Shown: in pieces, positions 1 through 8,915 of the stretch
How the letters are laid out: each line of letters starts with the position of its first letter
Numbering within the stretch: position 1 is the stretch's first letter
NCBI GenBank assembly: GCA_947626115.1
Contig: CANQQX010000005.1
Location: 1-53,431 of the forward strand
Direction: 5' to 3'
Length of the DNA: 53,431 bases
Source: an uncultured Bacilli bacterium
GTDB taxonomy: Bacteria > Bacillota_I > Bacilli_A > RF39 > UBA660
Notes under the pieces: model-generated
The model's input: only the letters and a program-made list of their open reading frames with translations
Databases searched by the model: none
What the model was told of the DNA's origin: nothing
Position numbers and translations under genes: made by a program

Positions 1-16
1 TATTGTTATTTTTTAA

Positions 17-67
17 TAGGACATTTTAACTTGTAAATATAAAATTAAAATTAGGACATTTTAACTT
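17..67. repeat. 16-bp perfect direct repeat TAGGACATTTTAACTT (17-32 and 52-67)
   Basis: Two identical copies read directly from the sequence, 35 bp apart. Confidence 0.8.
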
Positions 68-94
68 AAAAGTCACAAAATTGTTATTTTTTTA

Positions 95-123
95 TTGATT
101 ATTACGTTATTTATTGATATCAT
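95..123 (+). promoter_or_regulatory. sigma-A-type promoter
   Basis: TTGATT (95-100), 17-bp spacer, extended -10 TGa-TATCAT (115-123). Confidence 0.55.
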
Positions 124-129
124 ATTACC

Positions 130-220
130 GTCCTTTGGCTGTTTGGATTGATTGAACATTTTAGGAACAAATAGCCTTAGTGGTTTGGAATTAATTTTTA
201 CCGGATTAATTCCTTTTTTT
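130..220 (+). ncRNA. Candidate ~90-nt small RNA
   Basis: Follows the promoter at 95-123. Internal stem GGCTGTTTG/CAAATAGCC. Ends in terminator GGAATTAAT..ATTAATTCC plus T-run. No ORF. Confidence 0.4.
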
Positions 221-385
221 ATACCACTTAAAAACTAGAGAATTACTCTAGCTAAAATTATTTTTAAAAATTTTTTCTTTTTATTTTAATCTGTTTTTTC
301 TTTTTAGTAAATTTATTTTTTTAATTTTCTTTTATTTTTGGTTATATTAATCTATAAATTAACAATAAAGGAGTATGAAGAAAGA

Positions 386-640
386 GTGTTAACATTAACA
401 AAAGATGGGGTAGTATTAAATCATTTAAGTTATGAAGAAGAGCAAGAGAAATTAAGAAGATCAGAAATATCTGAAGCAAGAGATGAAGGAATAACAGAAG
501 GCATAACAAAAGGTATAGCAGAAGAAAAAGACAATATTGCTATTAATTTATTAAAAATGAATATGCCTATTAATACAATTGAAAAAGCAACCGGTCTTAG
601 TGAAAAAGAACTAAAAAAATTAAGTGAAAAGCTAAAGTAG
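386..640 (+). CDS. Small protein resembling the C-terminal domain of Rpn/PD-(D/E)XK transposase-like proteins
   Basis: EGITEGITKG repeats followed by IAINLLKMNMPINTIEKATGLS, typical of an Rpn C-terminus. Start moved to GTG 386, which has AAGGAG at the same spacing as the paralog at 661. Confidence 0.7.
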   Translation: MLTLTKDGVVLNHLSYEEEQEKLRRSEISEARDEGITEGITKGIAEEKDNIAINLLKMNMPINTIEKATGLSEKELKKLSEKLK

Positions 641-660
641 TAAAGGAGTTTGAAGAAAGA

Positions 661-903
661 ATGCTAACATTAACAGATGATGGAGTAGTAATATTTCACT
701 TAAGTTATGAAGAAGATCAAGAAAGGATAAGAAGATCAGAAATATCTGAAGCAAGGAATGAAGGAATAACAGAAGGTATAGCAGAAAGAAACAATGAAAT
801 TGCTATTAATATGTTAAAAGATAATATGCCAATAGATGTAATAATAAAATATACATCATTAACTAAAAAAGAAATAAAACAATTAAAAAAAACTAATAGA
901 TAA
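661..903 (+). CDS. Tandem paralog, Rpn C-terminal-like small protein
   Basis: Closely similar to 386-640 in DNA and protein (HLSYEE.QE..RRSEISEAR.EGITEG). RBS AAGGAG at 643-648. Confidence 0.7.
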   Translation: MLTLTDDGVVIFHLSYEEDQERIRRSEISEARNEGITEGIAERNNEIAINMLKDNMPIDVIIKYTSLTKKEIKQLKKTNR

Positions 904-925
904 ATTGACAAATCTATTAGTTTTT
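888..925. terminator. Bidirectional intrinsic terminator
   Basis: AAAAACTAATAGAT / ATCTATTAGTTTTT inverted repeat between convergent genes. Confidence 0.65.
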
Positions 926-1475
926 AAATTTCTCGCATTTTATCTTTATTTTTAAATGGATCTTTTTTATCTATTTTATCTACAAATAAAATACCATTTA
1001 AATGATCCATTTCATGTTGGAAAGCAACAGATATATCTTCTCTAACTCTAATTTCTTGTTTTTTGCCATCCATATCTTGGTAAGAAATAGTCATTCTTGC
1101 ATATCTTGGCACAATACCTTCAACTTCGCGATTAACACTTAGACAACCTTCACCTTCACCAACATAAATTAATTCTTCACTATGGCTAACCATTTTAGGA
1201 TTAATTATTACATAGTTTTTGAATTTTTCTTCATCTATTTCTTCCACTATAACAAAGATGTTTTTGGGAATACCTAATTGAATAAAAGCCATTCCCATCC
1301 CTGGTCGCAAATCATATTTCGTATAATATTTTTCAATTTGACTCATAGTAAGGTAAGTAATAATATCTTGAATAATTTTTTTATCATCATTAGATAAAGG
1401 AAATTCAACTTCTTTACTAGTAGTTCTAAGTATTTTATGTTTTTCATCTAATATTTTTATATCAGGTAATTTCAT
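924..1475 (-). CDS. def: Peptide deformylase
   Basis: Motifs PGMGMAFIQLG, EGCLS and HEMDH. Confidence 0.96.
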   Translation of the reverse strand: MKLPDIKILDEKHKILRTTSKEVEFPLSNDDKKIIQDIITYLTMSQIEKYYTKYDLRPGMGMAFIQLGIPKNIFVIVEEIDEEKFKNYVIINPKMVSHSEELIYVGEGEGCLSVNREVEGIVPRYARMTISYQDMDGKKQEIRVREDISVAFQHEMDHLNGILFVDKIDKKDPFKNKDKMREI

Positions 1476-2242
1476 TTACGACCACCTCGATAAAAATTAG
1501 TTAAGAAATTTAGTTCATTTTCTAAATCATTTATTTTATCAGTATATATTTCAGTTTGTTCTATAGTAAGATCACTATTATCTAACAATTGTTGATAGTG
1601 TTTTATTTCCATTTCAATCATTTCCATTTCACTAGGTGATTTAATTAATTCACTAGGTCTTTTGCGATAAAGAGACGTGAACATTACTAGTTTGTGCATA
1701 TTTAAGAAATTAATTACATATTTGCCATCAGGTCTTTTTTTAGTAGAATACATTCTGATAAAGTTTTCCATTGCAGAAACTGCTTCAGTAACTACAATAC
1801 CTTCATTTTTATATGTTTCAACGCTATCTCTAATACATTTTAAATCTTCTCTATAAATTGGTACATCTTTAAGGGGATTATAAAATTCGGAAATAAAATG
1901 ATACATAAAATCTAAATTACGAAAATGAGTAGCAAAATGAAATTTTAAATAATTAATGTCATAGAATTTTTTATCACATGCATAAGGAATACCATAGGGA
2001 AGAATTGACACATTTTTTCCTTTAAATAGAGCAATATTAAAATAACCTTTTTGCATGTTTTCTGGTATTAAATTAGTATCTTTTAAGAAATTGAATAATT
2101 CATTATTGTTTTCAAATGAAGTTGTAAATCTGATAATATCAGTTAAAGCATTTTCATCTAAATCATTAAAACCTGGTACTTTAGAATAACCAGCAATTTC
2201 TTTATATGCTCCAGGCATACAAATCATTAATCCATAATGCAT
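1472..2242 (-). CDS. Hypothetical protein with C-terminal coiled coil
   Basis: Long ORF with ATGA overlap into def. Likely start ATG 2242 after AAGGGG. Confidence 0.75.
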   Translation of the reverse strand: MHYGLMICMPGAYKEIAGYSKVPGFNDLDENALTDIIRFTTSFENNNELFNFLKDTNLIPENMQKGYFNIALFKGKNVSILPYGIPYACDKKFYDINYLKFHFATHFRNLDFMYHFISEFYNPLKDVPIYREDLKCIRDSVETYKNEGIVVTEAVSAMENFIRMYSTKKRPDGKYVINFLNMHKLVMFTSLYRKRPSELIKSPSEMEMIEMEIKHYQQLLDNSDLTIEQTEIYTDKINDLENELNFLTNFYRGGRK

Positions 2243-2373
2243 AATTATTTCCCCTTTAACTGAAGAAATTATACCATATTTTTCTAGTTTTGTCAAAAAG
2301 ATGTAAATTTATTTGACATTATTATTACTAGGAAAAATAAATATTTTGTGTTATGATAACTATGGTGTTTTAA

Positions 2374-4179
2374 ATGAACGGAGAAAATATTCGTAACTTT
2401 TCAATTATTGCCCATATTGATCATGGTAAAAGTACTTTAGCTGATCGTATTTTAGAGCTTACTCATGCTGTATCTAAAAGAGAGATGAAAGATCAACTTT
2501 TAGATAGTATGGATATTGAAAGAGAACGGGGTATAACAATTAAACTTAATACAGTTAAACTTAAATATTCTTACCAAAATAAAGAATATATTTTAAATTT
2601 AATTGATACTCCCGGTCATGTCGATTTTTCTTATGAAGTATCAAGAAGTTTAGCGGCTTGTGAAGGAGCAATTTTAGTTGTGGATGCTGCCCAAGGTATT
2701 GAAGCTCAAACGCTTGCTAATTTATATTTAGCGATGGAAAATGATTTAACGATAATTCCCGTTATTAATAAAATAGATTTACCTAATGCGGATATTCCGA
2801 AGGTTAAAAAAGAATTAATGAGTGTTTTAGGATTTAAAGATGATGAAATAATTTTATGTAGTGGTAAAACTGGTGAAGGCGTCGATAAATTACTAGATGC
2901 TGTTGTAGAGAGAATACCTGCCCCTAAAGTAGATGTTAATAAACCAACACGTGCTTTAATCTATGATTCTTATTTTGATAGTTATAAAGGAGTAGTTCTT
3001 TTAATCAAAGTAGTTGATGGCATAATTAATGTTAAAGATAGAATTAAAATGCTTGCTACTAATAAAGTTTTTGAAGTAACGGAACTTGGAGTAAAGACTC
3101 CTAAAGAAGAATTAATGAATACTTTAAAAAGTGGAGAAGTTGGTTTTTTAGCGGGCTCTATTAAAGATATATCAAGTGTTCATGTTGGTGATACGATAAC
3201 TGTTATCGGAAGAGAAGCTGACATTCCACTTGAAGGTTATAAAAAAATGAAACCAATGGTTTATTCTGGTATTTATCCCATTGAAGCCAACAAATATGAA
3301 ATGCTAAAAGATGCTTTAGAAAAATTAAAATTAAATGATGCATCACTTACTTTTGAGCCAGTTACGAGTGAAGCTTTAGGGTTTGGCTTTCATGTTGGTT
3401 TTCTAGGATTACTACACTCCGAAATTATTACAACTAGACTAGAGCGAGAATTTAATTTAGATATCATTGTTACTAGTCCAACAGTTGTTTATGAATGCTA
3501 CTTAACTGATAATACTAAATTAATTATAGATAATCCTGCTGCTATGCCAACTCGTGAAAAAATAAGTATGATCAAAGAGCCTTATATTTACACCAATATC
3601 ATTGCTCCATCTACCTATATTGGTAGCATTATGGAATTATGTCAAAATAAAAGGGGTATTTATAAATCGATGGATTATATAAATGAAACTAGAGTTAATA
3701 TCCATTACGAAATTCCACTTGGGGAAATAGTCTATGATTTTTATGATAAGCTTAAAAGTAGAACAAATGGTTATGCTTCTTTTGATTATGATTTAATTGG
3801 CTATAAAGAAAGTAATTTAGTTAAAATGGATATTTTACTTAATGGTGATAAAGTAGATGCCTTATCTTGTATTATTCATAAAGATTTTGCTTATGAAAAA
3901 GGCAGAAGTATTACCAAGAAACTTAGAGAAGTTATTCCAAGACAAATGTTTCAAGTTAGTATTCAAGCCAGTATTGGTTCTAAAGTTATTGCGAGAGAAA
4001 ATGTTAGTGCCATGAAGAAAAACGTCTTAGCCAAATGTTATGGTGGTGATATAACTAGAAAAAGAAAATTATTGGAAGCGCAAAAAGAAGGTAAGAAACG
4101 AATGAAAATGGTTGGTAAAGTTGAAGTACCAAGTGAAGCTTTCTTAAGCATTTTAGGAAGTGATGATAATGCTAAGTAA
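2374..4179 (+). CDS. lepA: Elongation factor 4
   Basis: [29 protein letters not shown] and [14 protein letters not shown]. Confidence 0.98.
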   Translation: MNGENIRNFSIIAHIDHGKSTLADRILELTHAVSKREMKDQLLDSMDIERERGITIKLNTVKLKYSYQNKEYILNLIDTPGHVDFSYEVSRSLAACEGAILVVDAAQGIEAQTLANLYLAMENDLTIIPVINKIDLPNADIPKVKKELMSVLGFKDDEIILCSGKTGEGVDKLLDAVVERIPAPKVDVNKPTRALIYDSYFDSYKGVVLLIKVVDGIINVKDRIKMLATNKVFEVTELGVKTPKEELMNTLKSGEVGFLAGSIKDISSVHVGDTITVIGREADIPLEGYKKMKPMVYSGIYPIEANKYEMLKDALEKLKLNDASLTFEPVTSEALGFGFHVGFLGLLHSEIITTRLEREFNLDIIVTSPTVVYECYLTDNTKLIIDNPAAMPTREKISMIKEPYIYTNIIAPSTYIGSIMELCQNKRGIYKSMDYINETRVNIHYEIPLGEIVYDFYDKLKSRTNGYASFDYDLIGYKESNLVKMDILLNGDKVDALSCIIHKDFAYEKGRSITKKLREVIPRQMFQVSIQASIGSKVIARENVSAMKKNVLAKCYGGDITRKRKLLEAQKEGKKRMKMVGKVEVPSEAFLSILGSDDNAK

Positions 4180-4987
4180 ATACGAAAATAGAGTACATAT
4201 TAGATTAGTAGAAGATGCTAATATAATCTTAAAATATTTTTTGACATATAAATTTACCCCTTTTGAAATAGCAGAATTTACAGGCATAGCTAAAGAAACT
4301 GTAATAAATATTTTGAATGATAAAAAACTTATTAAAGAAATATATCCTAATAATCCAGATATTCTAACTAATATTGTAGAAATATTAGCCTATCAAAATC
4401 GAATTGTTAAACTTTGTTTTTTACCTATGGTTTTAGATCTTTTTAAGGAAGAAGAAAAATGGCATTTTTTAGCGATGCTTATTCTTACTTTTCGTCTGCA
4501 TTTAAATGAAGTGGCTGAAGATCTAAAAATGGATGCCGAAGAATTATATGAAACATTAGAAAAATATAATCCTAATTTAAAAAGTTCATTTAATTATTTA
4601 TTTAATGGTGATAAATACCCACAAGATATAGCAAATATTAGACTTATAAGTTTTATTTCTGAATATTATACTGCTTACCAAAATAAAGATAAAAAAAGAA
4701 TGCAAGAATTAGCAAAATATATTTATGATGGAGAATATAATGAATTATTAAGTAATTATCATCAAGAACAACTTACTAATGAACAATTAATAATTTTAAT
4801 AAATCGGCAAATTAAATATGGCTTACGTGTAAGTGATATAGTATCACCATTAAACATTTCTAAAACTAAATATTTAGATCCAGTTAAATTTTTTACTACT
4901 GATAAAAAGAATTTACAAGAACAATTAGCTAATTTATCTTATTATAACAAAAATTTAGCAAGAATTAATCGAGGTAAACATGAATAA
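4160..4987 (+). CDS. Hypothetical protein with several HTH-like segments
   Basis: Overlaps lepA and hemW. Segments [18 protein letters not shown] and [18 protein letters not shown]. Likely start at 4169. Confidence 0.7.
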   Translation: MMIMLSKYENRVHIRLVEDANIILKYFLTYKFTPFEIAEFTGIAKETVINILNDKKLIKEIYPNNPDILTNIVEILAYQNRIVKLCFLPMVLDLFKEEEKWHFLAMLILTFRLHLNEVAEDLKMDAEELYETLEKYNPNLKSSFNYLFNGDKYPQDIANIRLISFISEYYTAYQNKDKKRMQELAKYIYDGEYNELLSNYHQEQLTNEQLIILINRQIKYGLRVSDIVSPLNISKTKYLDPVKFFTTDKKNLQEQLANLSYYNKNLARINRGKHE

Positions 4988-6065
4988 ATCAGTCTATATT
5001 CATATTCCTTTTTGTAAATCTATTTGTTCTTATTGTGATTTTTGCAAAGTTTTATATAATGAAGAATGGGCTAATTTATATTTACAAAAACTAAGTGATG
5101 AAATTAAAGATAAATACATGGGAGAGAAAATTAAAACTATCTATATTGGAGGAGGTACTCCTAGTTCTATGTCTTTAAGACAAATAGAATATTTACTTAA
5201 TTTAACTAATATATTCAATAAAGATTATTTAGAAGAATTTACTTTTGAATGTAATATAGAAGATATTAATGATAGATTATTAAGTTTACTTAAAAGATAT
5301 AAAGTAAATCGTTTAAGTATAGGTATAGAGTCTTTTAATGAAGAGAATCTTTTATTTATGAAAAGACGTCATAAATATACAGAAGTAGAAGAGAAAATTA
5401 AATTAATAAGAGATAAAGGTTTTAATAATATTAATTTAGATTTAATATATGCTATTCCGAGTGAATCTTTAAATGTTTTAAAAAACGATTTAAAATTACT
5501 TCTTAAACTTAATCCTGAACATATTAGTACTTATAGTTTAATGATTGAAGATAATACCTATCTTGCTTATAAAAAAATAAAAAGTATACCGGAAGATTTA
5601 GATTATGAAATGTATGAATATATTTGTAAATATTTAAAAAAGAATAATTATAACCATTATGAAATTAGTAATTTTGCTAAGCCAGGTTATGAATCAAAAC
5701 ATAATTTAGTTTATTGGCATAATGGAGAATATTATGGTTTTGGTTGTGGTGCATCAGGTTATATTTCCGGGGTAAGATATGATAATACCAGAAGTTTATC
5801 TAATTATTTAAAAGGAGATACTAAACTTTCAGAAGCAATTCTTTCTAAAGAAGACATTATGACTTATGAAATAATTTTAGGTTTTAGATTACTTAAAGGC
5901 ATTAATATTAAAGAATTCTATCAAAAGTATCAAGTAAATATCCAAGATCGTTTTCCAATTCTTCCTTTAATAAAAAATAAAGATTTAATTTATGAAGATG
6001 GTTATATTAGAATTAATCCTAATAAATTATATATTATGAATGAAATATTAGTTAAATTAGTATAA
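4980..6065 (+). CDS. hemW: Radical SAM heme chaperone HemW (HemN-like)
   Basis: YIHIPFCxxxCxYCDF, YIGGGTPS, YEISNF and HNLVYW. Located downstream of lepA. Confidence 0.93.
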   Translation: MNKSVYIHIPFCKSICSYCDFCKVLYNEEWANLYLQKLSDEIKDKYMGEKIKTIYIGGGTPSSMSLRQIEYLLNLTNIFNKDYLEEFTFECNIEDINDRLLSLLKRYKVNRLSIGIESFNEENLLFMKRRHKYTEVEEKIKLIRDKGFNNINLDLIYAIPSESLNVLKNDLKLLLKLNPEHISTYSLMIEDNTYLAYKKIKSIPEDLDYEMYEYICKYLKKNNYNHYEISNFAKPGYESKHNLVYWHNGEYYGFGCGASGYISGVRYDNTRSLSNYLKGDTKLSEAILSKEDIMTYEIILGFRLLKGINIKEFYQKYQVNIQDRFPILPLIKNKDLIYEDGYIRINPNKLYIMNEILVKLV

Positions 6066-6095
6066 ATATTTTAAATTCTTTTAAACTAATAAATA

Positions 6096-6509
6096 GTGAT
6101 GTTTATGTTAAAAGATTTAAAAATATTAAATGGTAATTTAGAGCTAAAATATAATGAATATACTTATGAATATACAGTTACAGTAGATAGTAATGTAAAT
6201 AGTTTAGAGTTTGATTATACTTTAGATGATGATTGTTATATAGATATTAAAGATAATATTTTAGATGATAAAGAAAACATAGTTACTCTAGATGTATATA
6301 ATTTAGATGAATCAATTACTTATACTTTCTATGTTTATAAAGAAAGTGAAGAAGAAGTAAATGGTATCGATAATTATATGAAAAGTTTAGAAGTAGCAAA
6401 TACTAATCATATAGAACTATATAAAGTCCAAATATTATCAGTATCTATATTTTTAACTTTAATAATTATTTTTTCTATTTTATTTCATCGTAAAAAAGTT
6501 TCTAAGTAA
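6096..6509 (+). CDS. Cadherin-like beta-sandwich protein with C-terminal TM anchor
   Basis: LKDLKI..F/YNE..YEYTVTV pattern, hydrophobic C-terminus and basic tail. Confidence 0.65.
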   Translation: MMFMLKDLKILNGNLELKYNEYTYEYTVTVDSNVNSLEFDYTLDDDCYIDIKDNILDDKENIVTLDVYNLDESITYTFYVYKESEEEVNGIDNYMKSLEVANTNHIELYKVQILSVSIFLTLIIIFSILFHRKKVSK

Positions 6510-6526
6510 AATTAGAAATTTTTTAT

Positions 6527-6546
6527 TTATGTAGAATTCTACATAA
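6527..6546. promoter_or_regulatory. Perfect 20-bp palindrome TTATGTAGAATTCTACATAA (candidate operator)
   Basis: Read directly, upstream of the 6625 gene. Confidence 0.5.
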
Positions 6547-6624
6547 TTATTTGCAAAAAATTAATTTATGTTGAAATATATATAAATAATTAATATAATG
6601 TAGATAATTAATAAGGAGAAACTA

Positions 6625-8727
6625 ATGAAAAAAGAAGTAAAAGATGACAAGAAAAATACTAAGAAAAGTACAAATAAGATAATTATTATTTTTGCATTAA
6701 TAACTATACTTATTGTAGGTTGTATACTATTTTATTTTATAACTAGAAAAGAAGATAAGTTTGTAATTGGTGAAACTTTAAAGGTTAATAATACCAGTGA
6801 TTATTTAGTTCAATATGATGATAATGATTATTATTTAATGAAAGCTAATCCTGATATTAAATTTAATGTTACAAGTAAAGAAAAAGAAATAAAATACAAG
6901 ATAGTAGATGAAAATGATAAAGAAGTAGCTACTAATATTAGTAAAGATAAAAATAATTTTATAATAGCATCTAATAAAAATTATGATGCAGGTAAAACTT
7001 ATAAAATTACTTTAGAAAATGCTTCATTTACTGATGAAAAATTAAAAGATATAAAAACATTATATTTTACAATAACTAGACCAAACTCTAATACCCAAGT
7101 ATTAAATGATAATGTTATTAAAGTAACTAAAGATAATATTAAAGAAATAGAAAAAAATGAAAATTATTATACTATCTACTCTAATAAAGAATTTAAGAAA
7201 GATGATATTTTATATTATCAAAATAATAATGAAGTAATTGCACTCAAAATAAATGAAGTAAAGAAAGAAAATAATAATTATGTAATGACTACTAGTGCCC
7301 CAACTTTAGAAGAATTATTTAAAGAATTAGATATTTATGGGGAATTTAATTTAAAACTAAATGATTTTATTAAAAATGAAGAATTAAAAGATTATATTAA
7401 AGTTGCTATAGTAGAAGATGGACTTCTAGATAATATTGTTCCTAAAGTACAAGCAAAAGATATAATAGATATCGATATTAATTATCAAAGAGATGGTAGT
7501 GCTAAAGTTTTAGTTAGTCTTAATTTAGAACATGGTAATAAAGGAATATTTAAAAGTGCTTTAGATAATCATGATATGAAGTTAGATATTGAACTTATTA
7601 TAAGATTAAAAGCCCATGCTGATATAACTTTATTTAAACATGATATTGGTGCTTCTTTAGATATTGATATAAATACAGATTTTAATATTAATCCAGTAGA
7701 AACTAAAGAATTTAAATTTAATTATGATAAAGATGTTAATGATAATTTAAATGTTAGTGTTGGTTTATTTAAAGACTTATTAAATAAAACGCCAAATGAT
7801 AGTTCTAAAGATGATATAACTATTGGTAAAATGATTATTCCAACGCCAATATTAGGGTTAAGTGTTGATCTAGAAGTTGATTTAGTAAAAGAATTAGAAT
7901 TATTATTAAAAGCTGATGTAAATGTCAAAAATAATTTTACTATTCTTTTTGGTCATAATAATAAAGGCTTTTATAAGAATTTTGATTTTAAAGTAAAAGA
8001 TAGTAGTTATGATATTTTAGGTAAAGCCGAAGCTAAAATAGGTTTAAATCCTAAAGTTAATATTAATTTCTGTCGGATTATGGAAGTAGGTATTGAAGCA
8101 CCTTTAGGAGTATATGCTAAAGGCCAAGTAAATTATATGGATTCTAGTGCTAAAGAGTTTGATGGTAATATGGAAATTGGGGCTTTTGTTAATGCTGGTG
8201 TTTATGCTGAAACTCACTTCTTAATTGCTAAAGTGGAAGCTAAATATGAAAAAGAATTCCCAATTATCAAAATTGATGCCAAAATAAAAGATAAATGTGA
8301 AGAACAAATATTAAATGGTGATTATTCTTGTTTTGTCGGAACTTATAAATCAATTAATAATGAGACTAAAGAAATTTTGAAAGATGGTATTAATGTTCCA
8401 TATAATCGCATGAGTGATGGTAAAGAAGAAGGAAGAGCTAAATTAAAGAGTATTAATGTAAAAGATAGCAGATATATTTTAATTTATGATATAGGTTATT
8501 TTCATGGTCAAGCAGCTGATACATATATCATTGTCCCAGTAGGTATCGATTATGAAACAGTAAATGATTGGTGTCCTAAATGTGATAGCAATGATAAAAC
8601 CTGTCGTTATGAAAAAGGCGAATATGAATATGAATTAGGTAAATGTTATTATACTACTGATAATACAAGGGTTAGATTAATTGAAACTAATCGTCTAGGT
8701 GGACCAATTATTTACTATAAATATTAG
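6625..8727 (+). CDS. Membrane-anchored surface protein (N-terminal TM, Ig-like and beta-rich domains, Cys-rich C-terminus)
   Basis: Basic N-terminus plus TM (IIIIFALITILIVGCILFYFI). RBS AAGGAG. ILNGDYSCFVGTY resembles DUF6287-type starts. Confidence 0.8.
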   Translation: MKKEVKDDKKNTKKSTNKIIIIFALITILIVGCILFYFITRKEDKFVIGETLKVNNTSDYLVQYDDNDYYLMKANPDIKFNVTSKEKEIKYKIVDENDKEVATNISKDKNNFIIASNKNYDAGKTYKITLENASFTDEKLKDIKTLYFTITRPNSNTQVLNDNVIKVTKDNIKEIEKNENYYTIYSNKEFKKDDILYYQNNNEVIALKINEVKKENNNYVMTTSAPTLEELFKELDIYGEFNLKLNDFIKNEELKDYIKVAIVEDGLLDNIVPKVQAKDIIDIDINYQRDGSAKVLVSLNLEHGNKGIFKSALDNHDMKLDIELIIRLKAHADITLFKHDIGASLDIDINTDFNINPVETKEFKFNYDKDVNDNLNVSVGLFKDLLNKTPNDSSKDDITIGKMIIPTPILGLSVDLEVDLVKELELLLKADVNVKNNFTILFGHNNKGFYKNFDFKVKDSSYDILGKAEAKIGLNPKVNINFCRIMEVGIEAPLGVYAKGQVNYMDSSAKEFDGNMEIGAFVNAGVYAETHFLIAKVEAKYEKEFPIIKIDAKIKDKCEEQILNGDYSCFVGTYKSINNETKEILKDGINVPYNRMSDGKEEGRAKLKSINVKDSRYILIYDIGYFHGQAADTYIIVPVGIDYETVNDWCPKCDSNDKTCRYEKGEYEYELGKCYYTTDNTRVRLIETNRLGGPIIYYKY

Positions 8728-8737
8728 TTCAAAATAA

Positions 8738-8773
8738 AAAAAGGATTTCACAAGGGAGCGTGAAATCCTTTTT
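8738..8773 (+). terminator. Intrinsic terminator
   Basis: AAAAAGGATTTCAC-loop-GTGAAATCCTTTTT. Confidence 0.8.
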
Positions 8774-8860
8774 GTGTGAACTAAAACAAAATATTGTTTA
8801 TTAAGTAATAAATAAATACTATAACAAAAACAATATTTATATTTTTTTAAAAATTCATGC

Positions 8861-8888
8861 TTGATTCTCGGGGGGGGTATATTATAAT
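8861..8888 (+). promoter_or_regulatory. Poly-G spacer promoter, copy 1 (G8 at 8870-8877)
   Basis: TTGATT-CTC-GGGGGGGG-TATAT-TATAAT, 16-bp spacer. Confidence 0.85.
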
Positions 8889-8915
8889 AATCTTATAGTA
8901 ATAGGAGAGTCAGGT

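Noticed and set aside
1-70. Direct repeats as a CRISPR array end
   Set aside because: Only two 16-bp copies with a 19-bp gap, too short for a repeat-spacer unit, and no cas genes are present.
1472-1475. Mollicute genetic code 4 (TGA = Trp)
   Set aside because: Long genes are intact under code 11, Trp is encoded by TGG, and TGA serves as a stop in the ATGA overlap with def.
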